In this document: in pieces, positions 28,120 to 37,918 of the stretch
Position numbering within the stretch: the first letter of the stretch is position 1
Layout: each line of letters starts with the position of its first letter
Virus record (IMG/VR): IMGVR_UViG_3300045988_143605
Coordinates: 22,369-86,368 of that record
DNA length: 64,000 nt
Reading direction: 5' to 3' (one strand)
Source: a virus
Position numbers and translations under genes: made by a program
Notes under the pieces: model-generated
What the model was told of the DNA's origin: nothing
What the model saw: only the letters and a program-made list of their open reading frames with translations
Database searches by the model: none

Positions 28120-28623
28120 ATGAATTACAAACAGATGATTGAACAGGCTCGTGCCAATGGCATGGCCACTGAGAAGAAGATGTGGGCAGCAGTAGAAACT
28201 CTCTCTACCGACCTCCTTACGCTTGAGCAGACAGACCCCAAACTCTACTGGCACATTTTACGTCGTCAGCACGCCGTTCTCTACGGACGGCACTATTCTG
28301 AGAAGATGGCCAACCACGATGTGAACGCTCTTGTCTATAGCGGAATGTACGATGAAGAGGGTACGCCTACAGACGGAGGTGCACATTGGACTCGTATCAA
28401 GGTAGACGAGCTGACCAAGGGCATGAAGTTTCACGCTAACGTCAACGCATGGGACAAATATGTCGCCTTCAACTCTATGTATGCCGACCTTTGCGTTTGC
28501 ATGAACGAAGAGGAGATAATCAAAGCCGCCTACGCTTTCTACTTTTGTGATGACGACTGGCAGCCATGCGAAGACGACTGCACTAAGGTGTGGGACTATA
28601 ATGCCCTACACGCTACGCTCTAA
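28120..28623 (+). CDS. hypothetical protein
   Basis: 167-aa ORF. Confidence 0.55.
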   Translation: MNYKQMIEQARANGMATEKKMWAAVETLSTDLLTLEQTDPKLYWHILRRQHAVLYGRHYSEKMANHDVNALVYSGMYDEEGTPTDGGAHWTRIKVDELTKGMKFHANVNAWDKYVAFNSMYADLCVCMNEEEIIKAAYAFYFCDDDWQPCEDDCTKVWDYNALHATL

Positions 28624-28722
28624 ATTTTGGATTTTACATTTGTTTTTTTTTAAGCCACTTTGCGCCAATTACACAAATCGCAGAGTGGCTTCATTTGTAT
28701 CTTTGCCTTATACGCTCCCCAC

Positions 28723-28759
28723 CATGTCCGCCCCACCAAATTAAAAACTCCTACCTTTG
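28723..28759 (+). promoter_or_regulatory. phage-type promoter, copy B (CATGTCCGC-N20-TACCTTTG)
   Basis: Exact 20-nt spacing. 22 nt upstream of the ATG at 28782. Confidence 0.6.
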
Positions 28760-28781
28760 CTCATGAAAGAAACCCGAAAAT

Positions 28782-29855
28782 ATGACACAACGAAACATCA
28801 ACCTTACGTTGCCCCGCTCATGGAACGAGTGCAGCACCGAACAGTTGGAGCTTATCTCTCGCATCATGCTTGAACAGATACAGCGAGCCGACCGTTATCA
28901 TCCCTTCGACATGCGCAATGTCAAGATAGCGTGCTTCTTTGTCCTGTCGGGCATAGAGATAGTGGAAGGCATAGACGAGTCGAAGCCTCTCGAAGAGCAA
29001 CACTACACTTGCCGGCTCATCACCCCGAGCCGACGCAACCGTTTCTTCCGTCGCAAACAGCAGGAAGAAGAAACCTTCCCCGTTTATCTATGGCAGCTCA
29101 ACTATTGGCTCACGCCCAAGTCGAAGACCGACGACCGCAATTCGGCTGAGTATCTTGCCTCTGGTACCGGACTGCTCGACTGGCTCGACAACGAGCGTGG
29201 TGCTCACCTCACTCGTTTTCCCTACCCCACCCTTCGCCTACGCAACAAACGTGGTCTGCTTCGTTGCAAGACCGACTATGAAGGTCCGGCGCAGGATATG
29301 GACGGTTTCTCATGGCAGCAATATCGCTTTGCCTCCGATCTCATGGGTCAATACACCTCGCTCGCCAACAACCTTGTCAAGATGAAGCAGATGGGCAAGT
29401 TCACACCTGAGCAAATAGCGCAGCAAGCCGACAGCGTAGACCAGGCACGCTCTATGTTCCTCGCCACCATCTTTAACCGTCGTATCGACTTCATCGACAC
29501 CAACATCAACTTGAAGGTGCACGATTTCCATTACGACACCCGCCAGTTCGACACCCAATCCCCACTCTTCCGCCACTTCCTCGACCACCAATGGCAACCC
29601 ATCCTCTTCTGGTGGGCCGGCATGATGCACACCCTATCACGTCGTTATCCCCATGTGTTCAAGGTGCAGAATATCGGCCGCACGCAGCGACCCTCCACCC
29701 CACTTGAGATATATACCGCCACCATCGCCACCATGCAGAAATACGCCTCGCTCACCGAAGACCAGGTGAACAACCAGTCGTATTCTCTCGTATTGGAGCA
29801 TCTTGAGCGACTCTCGAAGGAGAATGAGGAAATGGAGAAGATTAGGAAGAAGTAA
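28782..29855 (+). CDS. hypothetical protein
   Basis: 357-aa ORF directly downstream of promoter copy B. Confidence 0.6.
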   Translation: MTQRNINLTLPRSWNECSTEQLELISRIMLEQIQRADRYHPFDMRNVKIACFFVLSGIEIVEGIDESKPLEEQHYTCRLITPSRRNRFFRRKQQEEETFPVYLWQLNYWLTPKSKTDDRNSAEYLASGTGLLDWLDNERGAHLTRFPYPTLRLRNKRGLLRCKTDYEGPAQDMDGFSWQQYRFASDLMGQYTSLANNLVKMKQMGKFTPEQIAQQADSVDQARSMFLATIFNRRIDFIDTNINLKVHDFHYDTRQFDTQSPLFRHFLDHQWQPILFWWAGMMHTLSRRYPHVFKVQNIGRTQRPSTPLEIYTATIATMQKYASLTEDQVNNQSYSLVLEHLERLSKENEEMEKIRKK

Positions 29856-29880
29856 TAAAGTATTAACAGAAATATAGAGT

Positions 29881-30534
29881 ATGAAGAAGATTATGTTTAA
29901 TGACAAGTATGGCCTGACAAAGGCGGTATTTGATGGAAGAAAGACTCAGACAAGACGTATTCTGAATCCTACAATGCTTTTCGAGCGTTTGGAAACATAC
30001 GAAGGTTGGACAAAAGAATCTATTGCTGATTGGAAGGAATCTTGTAAAGACCGACTTTACAAAGCAGATGGTGAAGAACTGAAAAAAATGCTTGATTACG
30101 CCTTGGAACATTCACTATACAAGGTTGGAGAAAATGTAGCTATTGCTCAGAAATATGAAGATCTGAAAAAGAACGATGAATTTCTCTGTCTTTGTGGAAA
30201 AAACGGAATGCCTTTTGGGCGCATCATATACGAGAAAGGATGCTTCAATAAGATGTTTGTCCGTGCGGACTTTATGCCACATCATATCTACATTACTCGC
30301 ATCCGCGTAGAACGTCTGCAAGACATTAGCAATGGAGACTGCCTGAAAGAAGGCATTTGGCGTGGCGACAACGTAGGGCTTGAAGGTACGACATATTGGT
30401 ATCATGGTCTTGTTAATTCCTCGTTCCGCACCCCGCAGAAGGCCTACGCCTTCCTTATCGACCACATTTCTGGCAAAGGTACTTGGGTAAACAATCCTTA
30501 TGTATTTGTTTATGATTTTGAACTAATAGATTAG
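29881..30534 (+). CDS. hypothetical protein, possibly ASCH/PUA-like
   Basis: The N-terminus FDGRKTQTRRI resembles the G-x-K-T-x-E-x-R start of ASCH domains. This is a weak call. Confidence 0.45.
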   Translation: MKKIMFNDKYGLTKAVFDGRKTQTRRILNPTMLFERLETYEGWTKESIADWKESCKDRLYKADGEELKKMLDYALEHSLYKVGENVAIAQKYEDLKKNDEFLCLCGKNGMPFGRIIYEKGCFNKMFVRADFMPHHIYITRIRVERLQDISNGDCLKEGIWRGDNVGLEGTTYWYHGLVNSSFRTPQKAYAFLIDHISGKGTWVNNPYVFVYDFELID

Positions 30535-30537
30535 CTT

Positions 30538-30858
30538 ATGTATATAAAGATAAACCGTCGCAGCCGTCCCAACTGCATCGTAATGGTCTGTCAGGACCGC
30601 AGGACAAAGAAATGGTGTTTCGTAAACCTTTCCTCTGAGCACGTCTGCACTTGTCGCTTCGACACCATTGATGATGCTATAGCCGACCTGAACAAGAGAG
30701 CGGAAGTAGCGAGTTACTCCTTAATCGAAAATCCCTTTGTCTATGAACAGATGGTGCCTCTTCATGGCGCGTGCTTATCTGACGTCGTAGGAAAATTCCG
30801 AAAGAATAAGGATTTTATGAAACGATTGTTAGGCACAGAAGAAGACGAGAAACAGTGA
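30538..30858 (+). CDS. hypothetical protein
   Basis: 106-aa ORF. Confidence 0.5.
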   Translation: MYIKINRRSRPNCIVMVCQDRRTKKWCFVNLSSEHVCTCRFDTIDDAIADLNKRAEVASYSLIENPFVYEQMVPLHGACLSDVVGKFRKNKDFMKRLLGTEEDEKQ

Positions 30859-30887
30859 GTCGTAATATATTAATGAAAATATAGAGT

Positions 30888-32063
30888 ATGAAGAACGTAA
30901 ATATTTTTGCAAAGATCATCGATGCGGAAGCAATGAATCAGATAGAAAACATGGCAACGAGCGAGGCATACCGAGACTGCAAGATTTGTATCATGCCCGA
31001 TTGTCATGCCGGCAAGGGATGCACCGTAGGTACTGTGATTGAAACCCGTGGCAAGGTGGTGCCTAATACCGTAGGCGTGGATATAGGCTGTGGTATGTTG
31101 GTATTCAAGTTCGCTGAGAAGGATATAAACCTTTCGCTTCTCGACCGAATCATCAATGAGTCGGTGCCGAGCGGATTTGACGTTCATGAAAAGTCCAAGT
31201 TAAAAGATTGGAGTCCGCTTACGTCACATCTTTTGCTCGATTTGCACGAAAAGACACAAGGTTGCTTCGACCCCGACTATATCGGACGCTCGCTTGGCAC
31301 CCTCGGCGGCGGCAATCACTTTATCGAGCTTGACGAGGACGAGCAGGGTTATAAGTATCTTGTGATACATTCGGGCAGTCGTAATCTCGGAGTTAAGGTG
31401 TGCAACTTTTTCCAACACTTAGCCAAGAAGAATGTGAATCGAAACGAGGAGCGCAAGCGCATCATCGAAGACTTAAAGAAGTACGGCTTAGAGAGGGAGA
31501 TTAACAATACGTTGCGTCGTTTGGGCACCGTGCCTCCCGACCTCGCCTATCTTGAAGGCGAAGACCTCGATGCCTATATTTTCGCAGCGAACGTCTGTCG
31601 GTGTTTTGCCGACGACAACAGATGGAATATAGCAATGACTATCATCCATGGACTTCATTTACCGTTCGTGGATTTCTTTACCACCAGGCATAACTACCTC
31701 GACATACACTCAGGCATCATCCGAAAAGGAGCCGTGCGTGCCGAAAATGGCGAACAGCTTATCATCCCACTTAATATGCGCGACGGTTCGTTGATATGTC
31801 GCGGCAAGGGCAACGACGACTGGCTTCAGTCCGCTCCCCACGGTGCAGGCAGACTAATGTCGCGCTCGGCGGCCAAGAAGCTGCTCAGCATGGAGGAATA
31901 CCGACAGCAGATGCAGGACATTTACTCCACATCGGTATGCGAGTCAACAATCGACGAGTCGCCAATGGCGTACAAGCCTGCCGAAGAGATAGAATCGCTT
32001 ATAGCCGACACTGTGGACGTGGTGAGGAGAATTAAACCGATATACAACTTCAAAGCGAAATAA
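30888..32063 (+). CDS. rtcB: RtcB-family RNA 3'-phosphate ligase
   Basis: MPDCHAGKGCTVG, GVDIGCGM, GGGNHFIEL, HSGSRNLG and PHGAGR all match the conserved RtcB metal- and GMP-binding motifs. Confidence 0.9.
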   Translation: MKNVNIFAKIIDAEAMNQIENMATSEAYRDCKICIMPDCHAGKGCTVGTVIETRGKVVPNTVGVDIGCGMLVFKFAEKDINLSLLDRIINESVPSGFDVHEKSKLKDWSPLTSHLLLDLHEKTQGCFDPDYIGRSLGTLGGGNHFIELDEDEQGYKYLVIHSGSRNLGVKVCNFFQHLAKKNVNRNEERKRIIEDLKKYGLEREINNTLRRLGTVPPDLAYLEGEDLDAYIFAANVCRCFADDNRWNIAMTIIHGLHLPFVDFFTTRHNYLDIHSGIIRKGAVRAENGEQLIIPLNMRDGSLICRGKGNDDWLQSAPHGAGRLMSRSAAKKLLSMEEYRQQMQDIYSTSVCESTIDESPMAYKPAEEIESLIADTVDVVRRIKPIYNFKAK

Positions 32064-32113
32064 TACAACAATATACTGTGTTATCGTAAGTATTCACGAA
32101 AATATAGAGAACA

Positions 32114-32593
32114 ATGAGAACAATTAAGTTTAAGGCTAAATGCCTTGATAATCAAGAATGGACTTGTGGATTCTTCTACAAGGAGAATGGTAACACATAC
32201 ATTATCGAGGATAGACAAAAGGAAAGTATGTTGAATAGAAACATCCCCTACAAGGTTGACCCCGCTACCGTATGCCAGTTCACCGGCTTCCTTGACAAGA
32301 ACGGCAAGGAGATTTATGAAGGCGACGTGTTGCGGTCCGACACCTATCCGTTCAGTTGTATCGAATACAACGTGTATGACAATTATTATGGCACGATAGG
32401 CTGGAGCGAGGAAGAGGCATTATTCTATATCGTGGCTATCAAGAACCCTAAGTCTTCCGTCAGAGCCATTTCCGACGGCATCAGCGATTCTTTTTCGCAA
32501 AAGATGATGCAAGACTTTGAGGTTGTGGGCAGCGTTCATGATAAGGAATGGCAGGAGAAGTTGAACTATAATCCCTACGAAGAGGAGGAATAG
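32114..32593 (+). CDS. YopX-family protein
   Basis: IKFKAK...W...QFTGFLDKNGKEIYEGDVL is the typical YopX signature. Confidence 0.7.
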   Translation: MRTIKFKAKCLDNQEWTCGFFYKENGNTYIIEDRQKESMLNRNIPYKVDPATVCQFTGFLDKNGKEIYEGDVLRSDTYPFSCIEYNVYDNYYGTIGWSEEEALFYIVAIKNPKSSVRAISDGISDSFSQKMMQDFEVVGSVHDKEWQEKLNYNPYEEEE

Positions 32594-32596
32594 AGT

Positions 32597-33055
32597 ATGA
32601 AGATTAAAAACAGGGATTTGTTAAGAAAATATGTCCTCTATGAAAGAGGCATTTGGGAGAAACCTCGCAATTTCCCTTTACTGTTGGATATGGCAAAGCG
32701 TCGCATAGGATGGAGGATCGACGTGCTTCACTGCTGCTACAACTACAAAGATATTGCTTCGTCAGACAGCAAGGTATCTCTTGAGTATTGCAACCCGAAG
32801 GTGTTCCACTTTCCGAAAAAGCGGCGTGTGCCTCCTGAAGTTTTTGACCCCGGATGGGCGCTACCTGATAAATATCGTGTTGTAAGGAAGAAAAACAATC
32901 GGTATAAGGTCGTCTTGAACAAACAAAAACCTTTTCCCACCGGAGGTAGAACCCTGACTGTGATCCCAAGAGAGGCTATATCCGTGAGATTGGCGACAAG
33001 GTGTGGTTTCATCCGGATTATATGGATCTTGGCTGTGATTACTGTGCTGATTTAG
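32597..33055 (+). CDS. hypothetical basic protein (3' end uncertain)
   Basis: 152-aa ORF. A more protein-like Cys-rich frame opens at 32950 in another frame. Confidence 0.4.
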   Translation: MKIKNRDLLRKYVLYERGIWEKPRNFPLLLDMAKRRIGWRIDVLHCCYNYKDIASSDSKVSLEYCNPKVFHFPKKRRVPPEVFDPGWALPDKYRVVRKKNNRYKVVLNKQKPFPTGGRTLTVIPREAISVRLATRCGFIRIIWILAVITVLI

Positions 33056-33547
33056 GGACTTGCCTTAATGGTCGCCACGACAAGAGCTTTTGTGCGGTGA
33101 CCACAAGGAGGGAACAGGCAATATCATTCATGGCACAAGCTCAAAAATCAAAGCACCAGCAATATTGATAGAATATGACTGACAAGTATTACATCGGATG
33201 GGTACGCAGCGGCAAGGAGGGCAAGGGCCTTGTAAAGTACCGACCGCGCAAGCGGATAGCCAATGCCGTGACGACAATGGTCGGGTGGGGGGATTGCCGA
33301 CCCTCGCGACGGACTGGGCATCACTACACCGCATATAGTATATAAATTTGAATAAGATATGAAACTAAGAATTATTCCAATGGAAGCCTATGACGGTTGC
33401 ATCCCCGTGACCGTCTATAGGGTTCAGAGATATGACGAAGGCTGTATCTTCGGCAAATGGGTAAACATCAAAGGGTTTTCCGACAAGAAAAAGGCAGTGG
33501 CACTAATGTCGCTGTTGTATAATATGTAATAAAAAACAATAGAGACA

Positions 33548-34348
33548 ATGAAAACAGAAGAAATCAGGCTTGGCGACATTCTTTACGACGAAGAGCGAAA
33601 GATGTTGGTAAAAAAGGCGCGAGTAGATGAAGACGGAGTAGTGAAATATTCGGCAGACACCGACAGGCAAAGAATATTCAAGACAGTACCTCCACCTTCT
33701 CGCGTAGGCACACGCACAGCCGATGCCTCCATCCCAGCTACTGACGAGCAGTGCAAGTATATGAAAAGAGAGTTGGCTGTGTGTGAGTATGTAAACTTAC
33801 CTAAAGACAACCGCATGGAGGCACTTGCCAACATCATCGCCGACCTGAAGACAGAGAACGTGGAGTTGGAGCAGCGTGTGCATCAGCTCGTGGACGACTA
33901 CAACGACGTGGCTCGTAAGTTGCGTGGAATGGAGAAGCGCAAGGGCGTAGACCATGCAAAGCAGACGTTCGGCGATATGATCAAGATGCGCGACCATTGC
34001 GACATATTGGAAAAGGACAATGAACAGTTAAAACGACAATGTGCTCAGCTTCATACTGAACGTAATGAAGCAACAAAACATGCTGATGAGTGTGAGCTTC
34101 AAAAAAAAGAATTGTTTAAGCTTATAGCTCGTTTTGAAAAATCGGAGTTTTTGAAGATAGGAGACGCTTGCACCCACCGAACTTTTTCGCCAGGTGGTAA
34201 TCCTGTAAAGATCGGTTCTGGGATATGCAATAGTTGTCGGCACCTTATCAAAGTGGACGTGTCCGGCAGAAAGTGTGTGTTGTGTGCGTGGTGTTATGAT
34301 AACACGAAAGCCGAGGAAGCACAAGAATGTAAGAACACCGATGACTGA
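33548..34348 (+). CDS. coiled-coil protein with a C-terminal Cys-rich (zinc-finger-like) region
   Basis: 266 aa. Contains CNSCRHL...CVLCAWC. Confidence 0.55.
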   Translation: MKTEEIRLGDILYDEERKMLVKKARVDEDGVVKYSADTDRQRIFKTVPPPSRVGTRTADASIPATDEQCKYMKRELAVCEYVNLPKDNRMEALANIIADLKTENVELEQRVHQLVDDYNDVARKLRGMEKRKGVDHAKQTFGDMIKMRDHCDILEKDNEQLKRQCAQLHTERNEATKHADECELQKKELFKLIARFEKSEFLKIGDACTHRTFSPGGNPVKIGSGICNSCRHLIKVDVSGRKCVLCAWCYDNTKAEEAQECKNTDD

Positions 34349-34709
34349 CACCACACGCACCTTCGTAGTCGGCATGATGCAGACACCTCCATACGACCGT
34401 ATGTTTGAGCAGCACTATGGCAGCATACAGGTGTTTATTCCTCACCGTGCCGAAGACAGACCTTTGGATGGCGAGGCAGACGCTCTCATCTACTCGCTGT
34501 GGGTGGGCGAACGTCACCGTGGCCGTGAGGTGGCAAAGCACCTGATGGAGACAGCCGAAATGGAACTGAAGCGTTGCAGTATAGCGACCGTCGCAATATC
34601 GTGGGACGGACGCGACTCTCCCCCGTGGGTGTTGCAATGGTATAAAAGGTTGGGCTACGAAGAAAAGGCGTTCGACTATCGATGCTGCACGCTCCTCAAA
34701 CGGCTGTAA
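34341..34709 (+). CDS. GNAT-family acetyltransferase candidate
   Basis: Start at MTDTTRTF, overlapping the previous stop (ATGACTGA). LWVGERHRGREVAKHLMETAE resembles the acetyl-CoA-binding motif A. Confidence 0.5.
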   Translation: MTDTTRTFVVGMMQTPPYDRMFEQHYGSIQVFIPHRAEDRPLDGEADALIYSLWVGERHRGREVAKHLMETAEMELKRCSIATVAISWDGRDSPPWVLQWYKRLGYEEKAFDYRCCTLLKRL

Positions 34710-34870
34710 CCCGAAGAAACTCATCCCGAAAGCCAAGGGACCGTACTCAGTGTGCCGCATGTCGCCACTCCGTCCAACATATCTAACGGGCTCTGGTGCA
34801 GACAAGCGAGAAGAAGGAAAACTCATACCACTGCACATCTTTTTTATTAACGGATTTATAGAGTAAAAAA

Positions 34871-35530
34871 ATGGAACTATTATTATTGAGTTCGCCTGAA
34901 ATATTTGTTTCGTTTCAAACACTATTGGGCGTGATAGTCTTTGTCATTTTTGTTATTTTCCTTGTGGGGATGTGGCGCGAGTGTAAACTTGCCAAGCTAC
35001 TGAAGAAATCTCCAAGTGTCGAGCATACTGAGAACGATAAAAATGCCGAGTTTGTTTTTTCAAGTGACCACCTCACACCGATGGAAAGGCGTGAAGAATT
35101 GCTCAACAACATCGAGGACGGACGGTTTTATGTAGTCTCGTCGCTCCGCAACTCTGACACAACCATTGTATGCGTAAAGCGGTATGATGCCGAAGAACAA
35201 AGGCTCTATTGCTATGCTTACCTCTGGATTAGCGGACGTGGTGTGTATAATCTGCACGTCATAGACCCTCGCGGCATATTTAAGTTTCGCGATTTTCTTG
35301 GCCACAAGTTCCTGCGCATCGACTTTGACCGCAACCCTCATCTCATTATCTTTGAAGAAGAAAACATTTCACCATACCTCACAGAGAGAGATTACAACGA
35401 CATCGTGCAGAGCTTGCAAAAGGCTGGGATCGACTGGAATATTGAGAAGAGTGAAGAGAATATACTGGGCTCTTACAAATATCTCTTGAAAGTAAATAAG
35501 AACAAAATAATAAATACAACTAACAAATGA
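34871..35530 (+). CDS. membrane-anchored hypothetical protein
   Basis: N-terminal TM LLGVIVFVIFVIFLVGMW. 219 aa. Confidence 0.5.
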   Translation: MELLLLSSPEIFVSFQTLLGVIVFVIFVIFLVGMWRECKLAKLLKKSPSVEHTENDKNAEFVFSSDHLTPMERREELLNNIEDGRFYVVSSLRNSDTTIVCVKRYDAEEQRLYCYAYLWISGRGVYNLHVIDPRGIFKFRDFLGHKFLRIDFDRNPHLIIFEEENISPYLTERDYNDIVQSLQKAGIDWNIEKSEENILGSYKYLLKVNKNKIINTTNK

Positions 35531-36078
35531 AAACAAAAAACATTATTACGGCATCCATCCTGCTTGTGGTTGCCATTGTTATCGGCTCGCTGGTAGCCAC
35601 CTACTTTAGTTACAACAACCGCGAGATTGCCCTTCGCCAACAGGCAGAAGCGCAGCGCGGAAAGATTGAGGGCGTACACGACAAGATGTGGAAAATCATT
35701 CAGCAGAAGGCTCAGGTTACGGACGAGTACAAGCAGACCTTTGAGAAGATTTATCCGCAGCTTATTGCCGGACGCTATCAGAACGACCAGGGCACGATGA
35801 TGAAGTGGATAAAGGAGAGCAACCCCAACTTCGATGTATCGCTCTACCGCGACCTCATGCAGGCCATTGAGATACAGCGCACCGAGTTTCAGATCTCTCA
35901 GGAACGTATGCTTGACATCATCCGCGAACACGAAACGCTTACTCGCACCTACCCTGCCCGATGGTTTGTGTCGAACACCATGCCTATCGAGTATAAGGTT
36001 ATTTCGTCGTCGCGCTCCAAGGAAGTGATGACGGAAGGCGAGGACAACGATGTGGATCTGTTCGGCAAGAAAGAGTAA
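35527..36078 (+). CDS. LemA-like membrane protein
   Basis: N-terminal TM then YNNREIALRQQAEAQ...; C-terminal ...REHETLTRTYPARWF resembles the LemA layout. 4-nt overlap with the upstream gene. Confidence 0.45.
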   Translation: MKTKNIITASILLVVAIVIGSLVATYFSYNNREIALRQQAEAQRGKIEGVHDKMWKIIQQKAQVTDEYKQTFEKIYPQLIAGRYQNDQGTMMKWIKESNPNFDVSLYRDLMQAIEIQRTEFQISQERMLDIIREHETLTRTYPARWFVSNTMPIEYKVISSSRSKEVMTEGEDNDVDLFGKKE

Positions 36079-36084
36079 AGGCGT

Positions 36085-37182
36085 ATGGAACTACTCGTTT
36101 TTTTCATCCCCTTCTTTGTGTCGGCTGTGTTGCTACTGTTCTTCCGCAAGCAAACAACATGGTGGGAACATGCCATACTTATCATCCCCTCGCTCCTTGT
36201 GGGCGCAGCGATGATATGGGCGTTTGAGCGCGTAGAGTCGAGCGACACAGAATATCTGGGCAGCTACGTTACGAAGATACGCTATTATGAGCCGTGGAAT
36301 GAACTTCAAAGAAGGACGCAGACCTATAGGGACTCTAAGGGGCATAGCCACACCCAAACCTACTATGTCACTGTAAACCATCCCGAACGTTGGACCTATT
36401 ACGACCATTCGGGACGTGAGCGAAAGTGTTCCAATGAAGACTTTTCGGCTATGAAGCGTCGCTTGTCGGTGGCTTCGGTGTTCGTGGATATGCACCGCCA
36501 CTATTACACTCGTGATGGCGATGCGTATGAATACCGATGGAACGGTCAACCCGCTACGCTCTATTCCGTTACCCGTGAACATGAATACGAGAACAAGGTG
36601 AAGGCTTCGCGCTCGGTGTTCAAGTTTGAGGACATCCGCGAGAAGGAGGCTCGCCGACTTGGTTTGCACGACTATCCCAAGATACGTTTTTGCGACCAGT
36701 CGCCTATCATCGGAGCAAAGTTCTCTGCCCGTCAGGAACGATCCATCCGCGTGCTCAACGCTCGATACGGACCGAAAAAGGAGTTTCGCCTTTATCTGCT
36801 TTTCTATCGCAACAAGCCGCTATCCATTGCCGACCGACAACGCTCCTACTGGCAGGGTGGCAACAAAAACGAGCTTGTGGTGTGCGTAGGTCTTGACAGC
36901 CGTAACCGCGTGGTGTGGAGCGATGCCTTCTCGTGGTGTGACTCGCCCGTGCTTGCCGTGAAGAGTCGCGACTGGTTTACGTCGCACCGACTTGACCTCT
37001 GCGCCTTCGCCTCGTACATCGAACCGATTGTGCAGAAAGAGTGGAAACGAAAGGAGTTTTCCGACTTCAAGTATCTTTCGGTAGAACTGAGCAATAAGGA
37101 GTATTGGGCCATCATTATCATCATGCTCTTGCTCAACATCGGATTGAGCGTATGGGTAGTAACCAACAATTATAAAAATTAG
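36085..37182 (+). CDS. membrane protein (two N-terminal TMs and one C-terminal TM)
   Basis: 365-aa ORF. No motif recognised. Confidence 0.55.
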   Translation: MELLVFFIPFFVSAVLLLFFRKQTTWWEHAILIIPSLLVGAAMIWAFERVESSDTEYLGSYVTKIRYYEPWNELQRRTQTYRDSKGHSHTQTYYVTVNHPERWTYYDHSGRERKCSNEDFSAMKRRLSVASVFVDMHRHYYTRDGDAYEYRWNGQPATLYSVTREHEYENKVKASRSVFKFEDIREKEARRLGLHDYPKIRFCDQSPIIGAKFSARQERSIRVLNARYGPKKEFRLYLLFYRNKPLSIADRQRSYWQGGNKNELVVCVGLDSRNRVVWSDAFSWCDSPVLAVKSRDWFTSHRLDLCAFASYIEPIVQKEWKRKEFSDFKYLSVELSNKEYWAIIIIMLLLNIGLSVWVVTNNYKN

Positions 37183-37199
37183 TATAAACAATAACAATT

Positions 37200-37595
37200 A
37201 TGATAGCAACAACTATGGATTTTCTAATCCTTATCCTCACTCTTCTTCTTTCCGTCGTCCTCTTCATGCTTTTCGTCTGTTGGGCTAAAAAGTGCAGCGA
37301 CAAGCGCAAGGAGAAGTTTTTCGATGAAATTTTTGACAAGGTTTCCGACTTCGTTACGTCTCACCTCTCTGTTTCTGTAGAGAAGTGCAAGACTGGTCCT
37401 TGGTATCTCGTGGTCTACACCATGGAGTGCAAAATCCCGATGTGGATTTCACACAGCAACATCCGAAGCGTACATCCTGACCCGAAGAACCGCAAGCTCA
37501 TTATCAAGCTGTTCAACGGTGAGGACATGGTGATAGACGACGTAGAGAGCTATGAACTCCAGGCTGGCAACGAAATGCTTCATTACCTCTTTTAG
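37200..37595 (+). CDS. membrane-anchored small protein
   Basis: N-terminal TM LILILTLLLSVVLFMLFVCW. 131 aa. Confidence 0.5.
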   Translation: MIATTMDFLILILTLLLSVVLFMLFVCWAKKCSDKRKEKFFDEIFDKVSDFVTSHLSVSVEKCKTGPWYLVVYTMECKIPMWISHSNIRSVHPDPKNRKLIIKLFNGEDMVIDDVESYELQAGNEMLHYLF

Positions 37596-37787
37596 TAACG
37601 ATATGCTCGCTGTGGCATAATACAGCAAAAGATTAAGTGTGAAAATGTATGTTTAGACTGCGTGGCTCGCGTGGTCTTCCCAGAACAGCCCCGGCACCCC
37701 GAACTTTCCAATTACTTGGGTGTGGGCAAATGGAAGACAGCGACCCCGCAGTCTTTTTTTGTTTTCGGCCAACGGATAACACGAAGC

Positions 37788-37818
37788 ACACGGATTTTTA
37801 TCTTCGTGAAATTCGTGT
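37788..37818 (+). repeat. CACGGAT/ATTCGTG-type hairpin
   Basis: ACACGGATTT pairs with AAATTCGTGT (10 bp including one G:T), 11-nt loop. Confidence 0.45.
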
Positions 37819-37844
37819 AATCTGTTGCCTCTCCCCTCCCCGAG

Positions 37845-37881
37845 CATGTCCGCCCCTTCTCCCCGTCTTTCACTATATTTG
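37845..37881 (+). promoter_or_regulatory. phage-type promoter, copy C (CATGTCCGC-N20-TATATTTG)
   Basis: Exact 20-nt spacing. 37 nt upstream of the ATG at 37919. Confidence 0.6.
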
Positions 37882-37918
37882 CATCATAAAACATTCAACA
37901 AAACTCATATTCAACACT

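Noticed and set aside
34248-34922. 224-aa minus-strand ORF
   Set aside because: It is antisense to the tightly packed plus-strand genes 33548-34348, 34341-34709 and 34871-35530, and has no promoter or leader features.
37649-37918. N-terminal 90 codons of ORF 37649-39637
   Set aside because: This stretch contains a hairpin repeat and promoter copy C. The ATG at 37919 lies 37 nt after the -7 box.
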